From positions 144,274,001 to 144,338,000 of the forward strand of contig OZ024742.1 in NCBI GenBank assembly GCA_964016885.1: a stretch of DNA of 64,000 nt, in the 5' to 3' direction. Below, in pieces: positions 1 to 15,135 of this stretch (position 1 is its first letter; every line of letters starts with the position of its first letter). Source of the DNA: Eledone cirrhosa. Its lineage: Eukaryota. A program made the position numbers and the translations under genes. A model generated the notes under the pieces. It did not search any database. It saw only the letters and a list, made by a program, of their open reading frames with translations, and was not told the DNA's origin.

Positions 1-301
1 CCTCGATAAGGAGAAACTGCAAAATGTAAGCAAGATAAGCCAGCAGTTATATAATCCAAAAAAGTTTTTCCTTGAAGTTATTTTGGTGCAAAGTGATATG
101 ACCGTAAAAATATATTCAATACCGAGGAAATGAGTACAAGGCACATACACACGCATCTCTAGAACAGGAAGTGATATGTCACATCATACATTAGGATATT
201 ATACCATGGACAACTGCTTTACCTAGTATTACCTAGCCACTTTCCTTTATACATATAAATACAATTTTTAAATGTCTTTTTATTTTATTATTTAACTCTT
301 G

Positions 302-505
302 GGCCGTGGATTGGCAGTATCGGCAGAGCATCAGACACCTTGCTTTGTGGCATAGAGTTACGGCTCTTTACATTCAAAGTTCAAATCCCACCAAGGTTGG
401 CTTTGCCTTTCATCCTTATGAGATTGATAAAATAGAGCACGATTAATGCACTGGGGTCGATTCAATTGACCTCTCCCTCTTCTACCTTTAGTAAAACAAT
501 TATTA
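302..505 (+). mobile_element. tRNA SINE family A (Meta-domain-like), diverged
   Basis: A box tggcagtatcgg, B box gttcaaatccc, central ctttgcctttcatcctt..gataaaata. Confidence 0.75.
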
Positions 506-2920
506 ACTCTTTCTAGACTGATGTTTGTTTTTTGTTTTTTATGGCTTAGTTAGAAGAGGAAGAACTTTTCTAGGGCCTCCAAGATTGGTGGTAGAAAAAG
601 ACATTATGACTCATTGTAGCTGTGGCTTAAAGTTAATATATCAAAATATCCTCAGACTGGAAAACCTAATCTGAACACTTGCCACACAGTCAACTCTTAT
701 AAATGCCCCTAAGGACCAGTTATCAGCATTGTTAACCTGGGCAATGAAAATTTAAGAAATTATTTGAGTGTTTACAACAACCTGTTTCCTAGTACTAATC
801 CTTATAAGGGTGAACACAAGGTTGTGCAGTATCAGAAATGGTAAACAGCAATGGATTAAATGTTTTTCCAGTATTTATTGAAGGCCAACTATGTTTTGAG
901 TTCAAAACGCTAACCACATTTACAGTGCTTTTTGCCGTGTCACCTACATGACCACTTTACAGTGTGGACTGGGTGCTTCTTGTTGAGACACCTACATGAC
1001 CACTTTATATATTTCCAGCTTTCACATAATTTTTGCATTTGATGTCTAGGTTTCCCAACACATGAAAGAGTCAGTCATGAGGGAAATCTCAGCTGCTAGC
1101 TGGTATTGAATTTATACCTTCAACTGATACCTTAATTTGTAAGTATGCAATATTCAAAATGAGTAAGTGAAACCCTTTTTCAGTAATGAAAGTGAGTCAC
1201 TTAATTAACAAATAATGAACAATCTTTCAATTTTTTCTCTCTCATTCTCTCTCTCTCTTTTAAAAGTTTTTTGTAAGTGGAGGAATTTATATGGGAGAAT
1301 TTAGAATTAAAACAAAAATAAATAAATAATAATAATAAAAAATAAATAAATATAAAATTTAAAAAGATTATTGGTAATTGCTAATAAATTTAATGCCAAT
1401 TTATTTATTAATAATCAGCTGTTCAAAACCTTAGATATTGAAACAGCAAAGATTTGAAAAAAGTCTATTTAATTTCACCAGTCACCCCCTCCAACATTGC
1501 CTACTCATAATAAAAGAACCAATTCTAAAATTATTCCCAAAGTTAAAAGCATAGTAATTTAGTTGCTAATCTCTGTCCCAGCAAGTATGACTAAACAGCA
1601 CTTTATATATTAAGCTTTCTGAACTTAAATGAATCAATGCTAGCTTCCGAAAAGTGGTTTGAATTACTACTGTTAAGGACCATGAAATATGCTGTAAAGA
1701 TTTTAACAGTTAAAAAGCCAGGATGTAATGAACAAATTGAAATTGTAAAGTTAAATCATTAAAAGAAAAAGCAGTGTTGAATTGAGTTGAGGCATTTAAC
1801 CATCTTTACTAAAAGGTCAGGATTGTATGTATATGTGTGTTTTCAGAAAAGACAAACTATGCAAAACTGGTAAATTTGTGTCATTTTTGCATATAATTAC
1901 TTTTGTTTTAGTGTGAATAATTGACATTAGTAATTATGGAGGAATTGTGGCAATGTGAAGAAGTTTTGCCAATGAATATAACAAAAGGACACATTGTTGG
2001 CAATTTGCTGAATGCCGTTGTGATTTTTTGATAACTAAACTATTAAATGGGAGTGTATTCTGTTCAACGAAAATGGGCATCCAGTTGGGATGGAAAATAA
2101 TATGGTTTTCACAAAGTTGGTATAATAATAAAGATTTCTAATTTACACTCAAGGCCAGCAATTTGTGGGAAGGAGGAAATCGATTAAATCAACCCAATAC
2201 TTGGAAAGATGAAAAGCAAAGTTGACCATAGCAAGATTTGAACCCAGAATATAAAAAGTCAGAATCAAAACTAACAACCAAACAATTCTGTCGACCCACT
2301 ACCCTTAATACACAACTATTGTCACTTGTACAGATAGTCAAAAGTGCAGCCAGAATATAGGTACAAAATATTGCATTACAAAATATGCAGTTATCAATGT
2401 GAAAAGGTGGAAAATGTCTCATGTAGCCAACATCAAATTACCATCTACTGAATGATTCAGTGATCCAAGTGATGAAGGGTACATAGATCTAGGAATCTTA
2501 GAAATTCATGAGACATTGCATGTCTCATTTCTACATCATAACAATAACAGGTTGTTGTCAAGACAACTTTACTAATGCTGGTACCTCAATAAAATGCACC
2601 CAGTAAACTATGTAAAGTGATTGACAAATTAAGTGAGACAATGTGGACAGAAAGGACTCTTTAGTCCTTCTGGAGATGAAAATCTCTCTCAGTGTTGGTG
2701 TCATAATAAAATGCATCCAGTACACTCAGTAAAAGGGTTGGCACTAAGAGAAGCATTCAGTTATCAGCATCAAGCAAAACAAAAATAAAATGTAATCTAT
2801 GACCCTTCTAGGAGAGTAACAGAGTTGAATAAGAATTGACTTGGTCAGTGATAACTAGTTCATCATAGGAACACAGATGTAGAAGCAATAATGATGATTA
2901 GAGTTCCCAAGAGAACAAAT

Positions 2921-3139
2921 TTAACCCTTTAGCATTTAAACCAGCCATATCCAGCCAGAATTTTCTCACCTCTTTCTGTTCAAACTGGCCACTCATTATG
3001 ATGTTAAGGTATTTTTCTCAAAATAAATAACATCAAAATCTCGTAGATTTGGAATTATGTGAGATAACTATGTCAGGTAAAGCCTTTACCACAAAAATAC
3101 AATAGTATATATAGAGTAATGTAAACACTAAAGGGTTAA
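2921..3139 (+). mobile_element. piggyBac-type MITE (about 215 bp)
   Basis: TTAA-CCCTTTAGCATTTA ... TAAACACTAAAGGG-TTAA; seven copies in the window. Confidence 0.85.
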
Positions 3140-3328
3140 TAATTCTTTCTACTTTTGGCACAAGGCCTGCAATTATCCCAGTGTATTACTGGTACTTTAT
3201 TTTATCAACCCCGTAAGGATGAAAGGCAAAGTTAACCTCGGCGGGATTTGAACTCAGACCATAAAGGGCCGTAACTCTTTGCTGCAAAGCATGGCATCCG
3301 ACCCTCTACCGATACTGCCAATCCACCG
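3138..3328 (-). mobile_element. tRNA SINE family A
   Basis: About 190 bp, near-identical to the other young copies, with an (ATT) tail. Confidence 0.85.
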
Positions 3329-4509
3329 AATAATGACTATTGTGGTCATTTGAAAAGTGATGAGTTGATAAAAGCAATAAGAAAACTTAGACAAAAACAG
3401 CACATATATATATATGATGATGATGATGATAGCAATATGCACGTATGTATGGTGTGTGTGTGTGTATTTTTATGCTAGTTGCTGTAAATGTCATCTTGAA
3501 TAGACATTCTATAAAGCCTGCAGTAACAATTGTTTATGGCACACAGTGTAAGAGGTTCAACAAATATCTGTGGTATATACCATATTTAAATTAAGGTATA
3601 GGTTCATGTCAGGATGGGCATCTGACTAGCCATAAAAAACTACCTCAAAAGATTTCATCCAACACATACAGACAGGGAAAAACATACGCAATGATGATCA
3701 TCATCATACCTTCGTCCTTCATGATCAATGCAATAAGTATTAACTGTCATCGTTTCTTAGTTTTCCTTTCCTGAGGCCACCCTAATCAAACTGACCAATG
3801 ATCATAAGACTTTCAATCAGTACCGTGGTCTTTTATATATTTTTAGACATCATTGCCAAGGAGTTTTAAGACAATATAATATATGAAGATTTGGCTACTA
3901 TTTCTCGTAGATCGAGCAACCAAGTAAAAGTTCCCTTATTGGCTTGTGTGAGCATATGATTGAACAGATCTAGGCATTCCAGCAATGACCACCTCAACTT
4001 TTTCCAGTGTGCAGGGAACCTGGAACCAGCCATATTGTCAAATACATACTTTTCTTATTTCAAATGGAAGATATGATTTGGCTACTATTTTTAGCAAGTC
4101 GAGTGACTAGGTAGAGGTTTCTTTGTTCCTACAATGGATAATAAGTCCACTAAAGTTAACTAATCAACCAAAAGAAATCAATATTATTAGCAGAGGTGTT
4201 TCAATTCCCCCATTATCAAATATTCCACAGAATTTTTTTGTTGTGGGGAAATTGGTGATATGAAGTTTTTGTTTCGTTTTGTTATGCTCTCACCAGCAGT
4301 TATTAATATCTGTAAATATTTCAGCATGGTTAACAATGAACTAGTTATTCGAGCCACCTCCTTTGTCACATTAGGAAGATTAGAAAACATTAGGATCAGA
4401 GAAACATATTCCATTGTTTTCATATTTTTCTATTTTCTTTGTAAAAATCATCCTTGTTTTTTGTATTCTTTGGATAAATGAGTAAATAATGGCAAAAATT
4501 ATGTCTTGT

Positions 4510-5250
4510 CTCACATCTCCTGGATTAGTGGCTTCCTGCCTGATCACACTTGTCATGGCATGTGCTGATGGAACTCTTTCTGATACATTCTTTATTAACT
4601 ATGGTGTGCCCCAGGCTTTGCTGCTTTCTCTTCCCACACCTTTTCCTAAATATCAATGATCTACTTGCCATCACTTTCAACAATACCCATTCTTACTCAG
4701 ACAATATCACCCTTCATTCCACATAAAACCGTTATGCTAAATGTACCCCCAAGGTTTGGGTTTAGTCTCCCACACACTAGCTTCAATACATCAATTACTT
4801 ACTTGCTGTCACCTTCAACAATGCCCACTTTTATGCAGATGATACCACTTTACATTCTTCCTTAATGTTCTGCAACCCAGCACCACCCATTTGCACTAAA
4901 TCTGCACTGATTCTCTGAAAACATCCTCTAATGGAGTCATGCCAATCATGTCTCTTTAAACAGCAAAGAAACACAATCACTGTGCATATATATAAAAAAA
5001 AAACCATCATCACACCATATGTCTCTTGAATATGAGTAGAATATAACTAAAGCCCTCATGAGCATTCAAACACTAGGTCTAACCATTACTGAGGATTTCA
5101 TCTAGAAAACATCACCCTTCACATAGGAAAGACTATATCAGAAAGACTGGCTGTTTTTCTCAAGTCAGAGAATACTTCAACCCTCTAACAATTACTAACC
5201 CTTGACAAAGTTCAGGGAAGACACAATGGAGCACTGCTCTCACATCCCAT
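4510..5250 (+). mobile_element. Decayed CR1/L2-group LINE RT fragment
   Basis: Broken frames give ISWISGFL..GTLSDTFFINYGVPQ..INDLLAITFNNTHSYSDNITLH and later QLLTL.KVQ..TMEHCSHI. Confidence 0.75.
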
Positions 5251-6134
5251 GATGGGAATGGTTATTGCTAATTTGAAAACTGCAGATTTGTATTCATATA
5301 AATTCAATATGACTGTGTAACTAATTGATTTCTTGGTCTGTAGACATCTCTTTCTTAAGGCCACTATTCTTAAATAATGCTTCTCATAGGTTAGTTTTCT
5401 TTAATAGCAGAGAAAGCTTTCACTATTAATGTGTGTGTATATCAAAGCTTGTGTATGTGTATATGTAGGTATGTATATATGTATGTGTGTATATACACAA
5501 ACAATGATTTCTTTTACCCAACAACGCCACAGACTCCCTCCCTCTCTTTCTTAAATATCTTTCTCTTTCTTTCTATCCCTCTCTTGAAATACTCAGACAG
5601 ACAGAGGAAAATTTAGATGGCAGTAAAGAAAAAAAGAAAAACCCAAGAAATATAGAAATATAATAGGAAATATACCAATCAATTTATTCCATCTCTGCAC
5701 CCCTCCCATTCCACTCCATCTATTTATTATATATGCATGCATACATATCTTCATCTATACACATACATGCATACATACATATACATACATAAACAAACAC
5801 ACATACATACATAATCTATAAACTACTAGCCTCTCAAGTTTCAACAACAGTTGAATTTTTTCTTCGTTTACATTTCACCCCTTTGCTCTCACCCCTCCCA
5901 CCAACAATCACCACTGCTATCACTACACAACTTACCACACATACACACACACACATGCATGCACATACACACACATCCAGCCAGCCAGCAACCTACCACC
6001 TTCATTTTTCTGTCTGTTATCTCCAGCTTTAATAAGGCCAAAAGATTATTATTCCACCAATATTTTGAATACATCACAATGAAAAGTACTGAAAATTAGG
6101 TTCTCGGAACAATTCACTTTTATATTCTTTATTT

Positions 6135-6184
<50 letters not shown>

Positions 6185-7095
6185 GAGGCCAATAAACATT
6201 GAGAAAAATCAAATAAAAGATAAATTGTACAAATAAATAAATTACAGAATAAAAAGGAAAAACAAAACAACAAAAAAAGCACCATGAAATTTTAGAAAAT
6301 AAGAATAAAAATGTTGGTGTAATTATTTTAACAGAGCCTCCTCATACCAGCCAAATCTCTTTGAAAATGAAATGTTTCTAACTAATGCTGCCATAAATGT
6401 CTAGATAGATAAATGATGGTGGTGATGATGGTGGGGGGGTGGGGGTGATATTGGTAATATAGCAGCTACCTGTATGTATTATTCATCTACACATTCATCT
6501 CCCTTTTCCTCTACTACTTCTCCATCAATTCATTTACTCTCTCTCTCTATATATATATTTTTTTCTCACTCTCTTCCTCACTTCCTCTCATTTCTTTCTC
6601 TTCTCATTCACCCTTTTACTCTAATTCACAACTGTTTTTCTCATTCTCTCTCTTGTCCTCAATTTTCACTTTCATTCACACACACACAATCTCCCTCACT
6701 CCCGGCTTCTCTCTAATACTTTACTCTAATGCTTCTCTTTGACCATCAATTTAAATACCCTTTCCTCTCTCTTCCAAATTCCCATTGTCTATCAGGGCTG
6801 GAAAGCCAGGCTTCAGGTTTCTTCCCCTTAGTTTAGTCAGTCAAGGACAAGACAATTACCCAACACAGTTCCCACAGCACATGACAGCTATGGAAATTCA
6901 ATTACCAACACATTTTGTGCTGTGGCTTAATTATCTGAGAGGAGAAAAATGGAAAAAATGTAGTGGGAATGAGTAAATATTGCTTCATTATGTCAAAGGT
7001 TTCAATTATGCTATCAATGTCATTCCTTAGTTAAGATTGTTAAAGGTATTACACTCAAAAGCATATCACACACACACATATAATATATATAAATA

Positions 7096-7684
7096 TGGTG
7101 GCTGCCAACTCGTTTTCGAGTACGGCCACTACTTTATATCCATGTAGGAGAACCCCTACCGATGCGCTGAATGAGTGTGACTTTTTAGTCCAGCCAGCGA
7201 CTTGAAAACTCTGGTACAAACACTACACTTGTGACAATTATTGACACATAGTGCTGGGCCCATGGTACCATGTGACGACAAGTGCAGAGAGATCTCCAGA
7301 TATAAAGCAATGCCTGTGCCGTGAAGCTTTTATAGTGAGCAAAGGCACTGCACAAAGCCAGTCCCACTCTCTTAACCAAGATGATATTTACCAAAAAGAA
7401 GAACAAGTCAACATCACTGGATACCATCAGGGTTGCAGTATATCAGAGTTTTCCTTCTAGAATTCTGCCTTGACAAAGGCTAAGGGGTCATCTCTCCCGG
7501 TGATTTTGGATGACCATTGACTCTTAAGAGCTCCTTTGCCCTTTGACAGGTTTTGTTTTTAGTCCTGCAGGATGTCCAAAGTCACCCTCCTCACCAAGAA
7601 ACCTTGGTGGGGTTGCCAGTTTAGTCGCCAACGACCTGAGACCATGCGACAGGTTGTACTGGGATACATGTTACCAGTAGCACC
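7096..7684 (-). mobile_element. Non-autonomous RTE derivative: RTE-like 5'UTR fused to terminal C2H2-finger codons and 3' end
   Basis: The minus strand encodes HKCSVCTRVFKSLAGLKSHTHSAHR* and ends with the hairpin tactcgaaaacgagttggcagcca. The upstream part has RTE 5'UTR-like motifs (ctagaaggaaaactctga). Inserted in a TA/CA tract. Confidence 0.65.
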
Positions 7685-9716
7685 AATATATACACACATA
7701 CATACACACATATATAAACACACACACACATATATACATACACACACACACACATAATATATATAGATATATACACATACACACACACACATGCATACAC
7801 ACACGTATATACACTCATATATATACATGCACACACACATACTCAGGCACATAGACACTAATATACACAACAGACTTTAATACAGTTTTCATCTATCGAC
7901 TTTCACTTATATGGCTTGATTGAAACTGAGGCTATGGTAAAAGATTTGAGATGCTATGCAATAGGATTGAACCTGGAGCCTCATGATTGCAATGAGAACT
8001 TCTTAACCATTTAGCTATACCTGCGTCCATATATATAACTAAACCACAATGTTTAACGTCTGTAAAGTGGTTGGTATTTGGTGACAGCTTAAGGTTTGAG
8101 GGAAAACTTTTAACCTTGCTGAGAACATATTAACCTCTCTAGTGCTGGTACAGCAATAACATGCAGCCAGTACGTTCTGTAAAATGGTTGACATTTCAAA
8201 GGATATCTAGCTATAGAAACCATGCAAAAAATGGAATATGAACTGGAATATGAACTACCCATGCTAGTGTGGAAGATGGATGTTAAATGATGATGATGAA
8301 CAAGATGTAGTTCTCTAAACTGACTTTCCAACAACATAGAAAAGGGGTATAAAATTATTACACATACATACACAATTAAATACATAACTGAAGTACAATA
8401 TTGCAGGAGTTATCATCAAATGACAATGATAATATTATTGAATATATATCTGAAATTATACCATCAACAATACAACAGCAGAAAGAAGAATGTATCAACA
8501 CAACGATAAACTAAAACCCTTGTAAGTTTATAAGAAAATTATAGAAATATAGTCATCATGATAACTTCCTTCATGAATTTCTCAGTTATCAGGATTGTTG
8601 AAATAAAATTCTTATTTTGTTCATACAAAATGAAAACAACATTAATTTTGATTTTCCTCACTATTAACCATATTCTCCCTAGTTTTAGCTATGTTTATCA
8701 CAACCCATGTTTATCCAACCCATGCTAGCGTGGAAGATGGACATTAAACGATGATGATGATGACCATCATCATCATCATATTTCAATCAGCTTAGGCTTT
8801 AATGTATTCAGCTGTCCTCATGTTTCTTTTCAGTGAGATTGAACTCAGAAGTTTATTTTCAATGCATTAGCACAACATATGGTTAAGAACCATGAAAACG
8901 TTGCATTAGAAATAAAGGTTGTAAACTGCAACCAGCCTAGGGTCCTAAGTACAAGTAGGAATAGGAACATCTTAAGCTGTCCTGTTTGCCAGAATGAGTT
9001 TGACCATACAATCTTATTTCTAATGCATTATTACAATGTTCTTAACCGCAATGGTTAATAATCTCAAAATATTCCAGAACTAAAGGTTGTAAATTCAAAC
9101 CAGCCTAGGGCTTTGAGTGCAAGTAGGAGTAAGAATATGTGAAGATGATAGGATCAATCAAAACATAGTGTAAGGCATAAAAACATGAAAGATGAGATTA
9201 CCAGTTTGGGAAATGTTAATTATTATTGCAATTACACATCACAGAAATTTAGACATGTAATTAATGATAGAATTGTTCTCAACTGAATTGTTATAGCAAG
9301 TACTTTTAGAGTTGGGATTCCTTTCTTAATAATTAACACACAAACTGTAGGTTACAAGCGATATTTATTCTATAGTATTGTTTTAACCCAAGGCCACAAT
9401 ACAATGGCTACAGAATGATATTAACTTCTGATGTGTGAAGCTTCCACTGTAACTATTTGATAAGAAACCAATCCATCAACTGTTCAAAATGTTATAGATG
9501 ATTGAGCCAGCAACATAACTTCAATATTCCATTTAACAAAAGAACAGAAATTATTGTTGGTTGAGTCAACAGGATACTGGAATACAAACAAAGATTCAGC
9601 AGTTCATATCTCTGACCAATATATTTAACTCACCAACAATACCACCTACAAAATTGATAACATAGAGTAGGACAGCCCACTGTTTCTGAGTATTTATGTA
9701 GCTTGCATTATTGAGT

Positions 9717-9901
9717 TTAACCCTTTAAACCGACCATATCCGGCCAGAATTCTCTCATACTGATGTTAAGTTATTGTTCTCAAAATAAATAACATCAAAA
9801 TCTCATAGATTCGATATCATGTGAGATAATTATGTGAGGTAAAGCCTTTACCATGAAAATACAATAGTAAATATAAAGTAATGTAAATACTAAAGGGTTA
9901 A
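9717..9901 (+). mobile_element. piggyBac-type MITE copy
   Basis: TTAA-CCCTTTA...TAAAGGG-TTAA with the same internal sequence. Confidence 0.82.
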
Positions 9902-10301
9902 AGCTTCCTCTAGGTATAACTCAAAGAAAGAAATATGCTCTGCCATGCTGACTGGTTCTTAGATACACACCAAGAGATCAAGGTCTCCAGCAAGTTCCCA
10001 TCACCTCATATAAATGGGCATGGTGCTAGGCTCAGTAATATATTGATGGATAGGCACTTTAATTTGACACTAAACACTATAAAACCAGGTAAATATATAA
10101 TTGTTGGCACATGCATTTTCATCTGGCAGCAACAAAATAAATAATAAATAAATCACAAATTCCAAAGACTGTTGTAAAGAGCAATGTTTTCTGATCTACC
10201 ATCCCATCCTATCCCAAACTGTTCTTTGAAGAAGACAGCTCAACTGTAAAATCCTTTTGATTGATACTGAAGTTCAATATTAAACTGCTTCAGTTCGACT
10301 A

Positions 10302-10338
<37 letters not shown>

Positions 10339-10800
10339 TTGGAGATTACATAACCCTGTCCTCAATTAACAACTAGACTAATATGACCTTCAATAGCTAT
10401 TACATAAAACTTGCTGGTATTTGTCACTGTTTCTGAGAGGTCAAATGCATATCAAAACTAATTGACAGATCAAAAGCTCAACTTGAAGAAGTAGTAGAGT
10501 ATGAAGGGAGAGAGAGAGAGAGAGAGATTAGGTGGGAGTGGCAGGCTTAAAGAACAGTATGGAGTTCCTAAAGGAAGTAATTGATGGGTCAAAAGCTCAA
10601 CTGACATAATTGAAAGGTCAGTTTCTCAATTGATGCTGTTTTGATGGATGCAGAGGTTGAGATGGAGGAAGATACAAATTTTAATTAACACAAGTTGATG
10701 TCAAATTAAGTTAACCCTGTCCAAAATATAACAGCAAATATTAACCTTCCTTCATAACCATTTCCTAAATGCACATACATACATTCATAAGTACCATTAT

Positions 10801-10818
10801 ATATCATATGTATATATG

Positions 10819-10854
<36 letters not shown>

Positions 10855-10873
10855 CATACATATATATATATAC

Positions 10874-10907
<34 letters not shown>

Positions 10908-10967
10908 ACATACATATATATATATATATACATACATATATATATATACATACATATATATATATAC

Positions 10968-11015
<48 letters not shown>

Positions 11016-11364
11016 ATATACATACATATATATATACATACATATATATATACATACATATATATATACATACATATATATATATACATACACATATATA
11101 TATATACATACATATATATATATACATACATATATATACACATACATATATATATACATACATATATATATATACATACACATATATATATACATACACA
11201 CATATATATACATACATATATATATATACATACACACATATATATACATACATATATATATATACATACATATATATATATACATACATATATATATATA
11301 CATACATATATATATACATATATATATACATACATATATATATACATATATATATACATACATA

Positions 11365-11451
<87 letters not shown>

Positions 11452-11541
11452 ATACATATATATACATACATATATATATATATACATATATATACATACA
11501 TATATATATATATACATATATATACATACATATATATATAT

Positions 11542-11614
<73 letters not shown>

Positions 11615-11876
11615 TATATACATACATACATACACGCACCTTTTTATTATTTCTTTATGTAAATATGTTGTTATTCATACTCTGGTACGATGGTTGGGTG
11701 TACTTTATTACACAGTTACAGGCACATACAGCACACATACTCATATACATGCATATACGCACTCATACATATATATACATACATACACTCATATACACAC
11801 ACACTCACAAATACATACATACACTCATACACACAATCAAATTCATACATACATACATACACACACACACTCACAA

Positions 11877-11933
<57 letters not shown>

Positions 11934-12215
11934 GATACATACACTCATATACACACACTCACAAATACATACATACATACATACACTCATACACACACAC
12001 ACTCACAAATACATACATGCATACACTCACACACACACACACACACACACTCACAAATCCATACATACACTCACACACACACACACACAAATACATACAT
12101 ACACTCACACATACACACACTCACAAATACATACATACATAATACATACATACACACACACTCACAAATACATACATACACACACACACACTCACAAATA
12201 CATACATACATACTC
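10801..12215. repeat. Compound (TA)/(TACA)/(CA) microsatellite
   Basis: Directly visible; it produces the YI/HT ORFs. Confidence 0.97.
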
Positions 12216-12569
12216 ATTCAATTAAGGAGTGAATGAATGGATGTCTAGGAAAATCTTCTTTGTTATTATTACTTTGAAAAATTAAAAGAAATTTCGAGTG
12301 GAGTCAATTATATCATCTCTCTTCCTTTTTCTTTCTTTATAGTTTTGTTTACTGTTATTTCACCATTTTTTAAAAACATTTTTATTATTTTTAATTTTAT
12401 TTCTCCCTTTCTTCTTCCTTCTTAAGCAATGTAATCTGAAAACATGCAAGGTTAGAGAGCAAATGATTTCATTCTGTACAAAACTATACTTTGAAATCAA
12501 ACGAAAATAATAATTGTAAATAACTAGTTTTGTGGTCAATTAGATTTATTTTAATTTTTAAAGAATTTT

Positions 12570-13262
12570 ATGTCTATGTATACATATATGTGTGTGCGTC
12601 TGTGTGTCTACATATATATATGTGTGCCTACATATATGTGTGTGTCTCCATATATATATATATATGTGTGTCTACATATATATATGTGTGCCTACATATA
12701 TGTGTGTGTGTTTACATATATGTGTGTGTCTCCATATATATATATGTGTGTATACATATATATATATATATAAATATGTATATATATGTGTCTATATATA
12801 TATGTCTATACATACATATATGTGTGTGTCTCCATATATATATGTGTGTCTACATATATGTGTGTGTGTTTACATATATGTGTGTCTCCATATATATATA
12901 TATGTGTGTCTACATATATATATGTGTGCCTACATATATGTGTGTGTGTTTACATATATGTGTGTGTCTCCATATATATATATGTGTGTATACATATATA
13001 TATATATATAAATATGTATATATATGTGTCTATATATATATGTCTATACATACATATATGTGTGTGTCTCCATATATATATGTGTGTCTACATATATGTG
13101 TGTGTGTTTACATATATGTGTGTGTCTCCATATATATATATATGTGTGTCTACATATATATATATGTATGTCTACATATATATATATATATATATATAAA
13201 TATGTATATATATGTGTCTATATATATATATGTCTATACATACATATATGTGTATGTATATA
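12570..13262. repeat. TA/TG-derived minisatellite with a roughly 238-bp higher-order period
   Basis: The block at 12669 recurs at 12907 and partly again. Confidence 0.85.
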
Positions 13263-13391
13263 TTAATCCTATTTCCCACTTTATTAATTCCATTTTATGT
13301 TTTTATTATTTTTCTACGTTTTGTTCATTTGATTTCTTAAAATTGTCTTCAGCCTTTTTCTCTTTTAATTTTTCAAGAGTATTTCACTTTT

Positions 13392-13985
13392 GTGAGAGAG
13401 AGAGTGAGGTAGGGTGGAGAGAGAGGAGGGCGAGGTGGGATAGAGAGAGGGGTGAGATGGAGAGAGAGAGAGGTGAGATAGAGAGAGGGGTGAGGTGGAG
13501 AGAGAGAGGGTGAGGTGGGATAGAGAGAGAGAGAGAGGTGGGATGGAGAGACAGAGAGAGGAGGGGAAGTGGGATGGATAGAGAGAGAGGGCGAGAGAGG
13601 GTGGAGTGGGACGGAGAGAGAAAGAAAGAGGGGCGAGAGAGGGTGGGGTGGGATAGAGAGAGGGATGAGATGGAGAGAGAGAGAGAGGGTGAGGTGGGAT
13701 AGAGAGAGAGAGAGAGAGAGAGGTGGGATGGAGAGACAGAGAAGTGGGATGGATAGAGAGAGAGGGCGAGAGAGGGGGAGGTGGGACGGAGAGAGAAAGA
13801 GGGCGAGAGAGGGTGAGGTGGGATGGAGAGAGACAGAGAGAGGGGCGAGAGAGGGTGGGGTGAGATAGAGCGAGGGGTGAGATGGAGAGAGAGAGAGGGT
13901 GAGGTGGGATAGAGAGAGAGATATATATAGAGAGAGAGAGAGAGAGAGGTGGGATGGACAGAGAGAGAAAGGGAAAGAGAGAGAA
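13392..13985 (+). repeat. Polypurine (GA)n/GGTGGGAT repeat
   Basis: Directly visible. Confidence 0.95.
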
Positions 13986-14012
13986 GAAAACAAAGTGGTG
14001 ACAGTACAGCTG

Positions 14013-14063
<51 letters not shown>

Positions 14064-14240
14064 CATGATGATGATTTATGTTGATGGCAGTAGTAGTGTG
14101 AAGGGGTTATGGCGGACCTGAGTGGTGACAAGAAGTGATATTGTAGATGATGATGATGATAACAGCAGTGTGGTGGTAGAGTCGTAAAAATTACTTGAGA
14201 TGCATTCATCTAATTTGCCATTAGCATAGCTGTTTTTATT

Positions 14241-14289
<49 letters not shown>

Positions 14290-14633
14290 GTATATATGTA
14301 TATGTGTATATATGTGTATGTATGTATGTGTGTATATATGTGTATGTATGTATATATATATGTGTGTGCGTACATATCTGTATATGTGTGCATGTGTTTC
14401 TCTGTCTGTATGGAAATGGCTGTGGTAGTTATATATCCAAAACAGTATCCTAAACATAATAATCAGCAGCTACCCTCATTATCATCATTAATAACAGCAG
14501 CACAAGCACAACTGCCACCACTACTACTACTACTACTACAACCACCACTCCTACTATTACTATTAATAATAGTAATAATAATAATAGCAACAACAGGAAC
14601 AACCTCAATACTACTAATATTACTAATAATAAT

Positions 14634-14824
14634 AATAATTGTTTCTACTTTGGGCACAAGGCCAGCAATTACCCAGTGCATTACTGGTACTTTATTTTAT
14701 CGACCCCGTAAGGATGAAAGGCAAAGTGAACCTCGGCGGGATTTGAACTCAGATCGTAAAGGGACGTAACTATGCTGCAAAGCATGGCGTCCGACCCTCT
14801 ACCGATACTGCCAATCCACCGCCC
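14634..14824 (-). mobile_element. tRNA SINE family A
   Basis: Same consensus, inserted in (AAT)n. Confidence 0.85.
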
Positions 14825-15135
14825 TAATAATAATAATAATAATTCTTTCTTACATAATGACTACAACTATAATAAAAATAATTGTTTCTACATTTGGCAC
14901 AAAGCCAGCAATTACCAGTACATTACTGGTACTAATAATGATACTAATTCTTTCTAACATAATAACAACAACAACAACATTAATAACAATACAGAAGTAT
15001 AGTCATCATTAGAGTTTAGGCCGCAGTTTAGAAAAAAAGTTTATAAGAATGGAAATTGTCAGAGAGAAGATAATGTTCATTAAAATATTCTCCATTGAAA
15101 ATAAAATGACTGCATCAGTCAGTGAACTTAATTAT

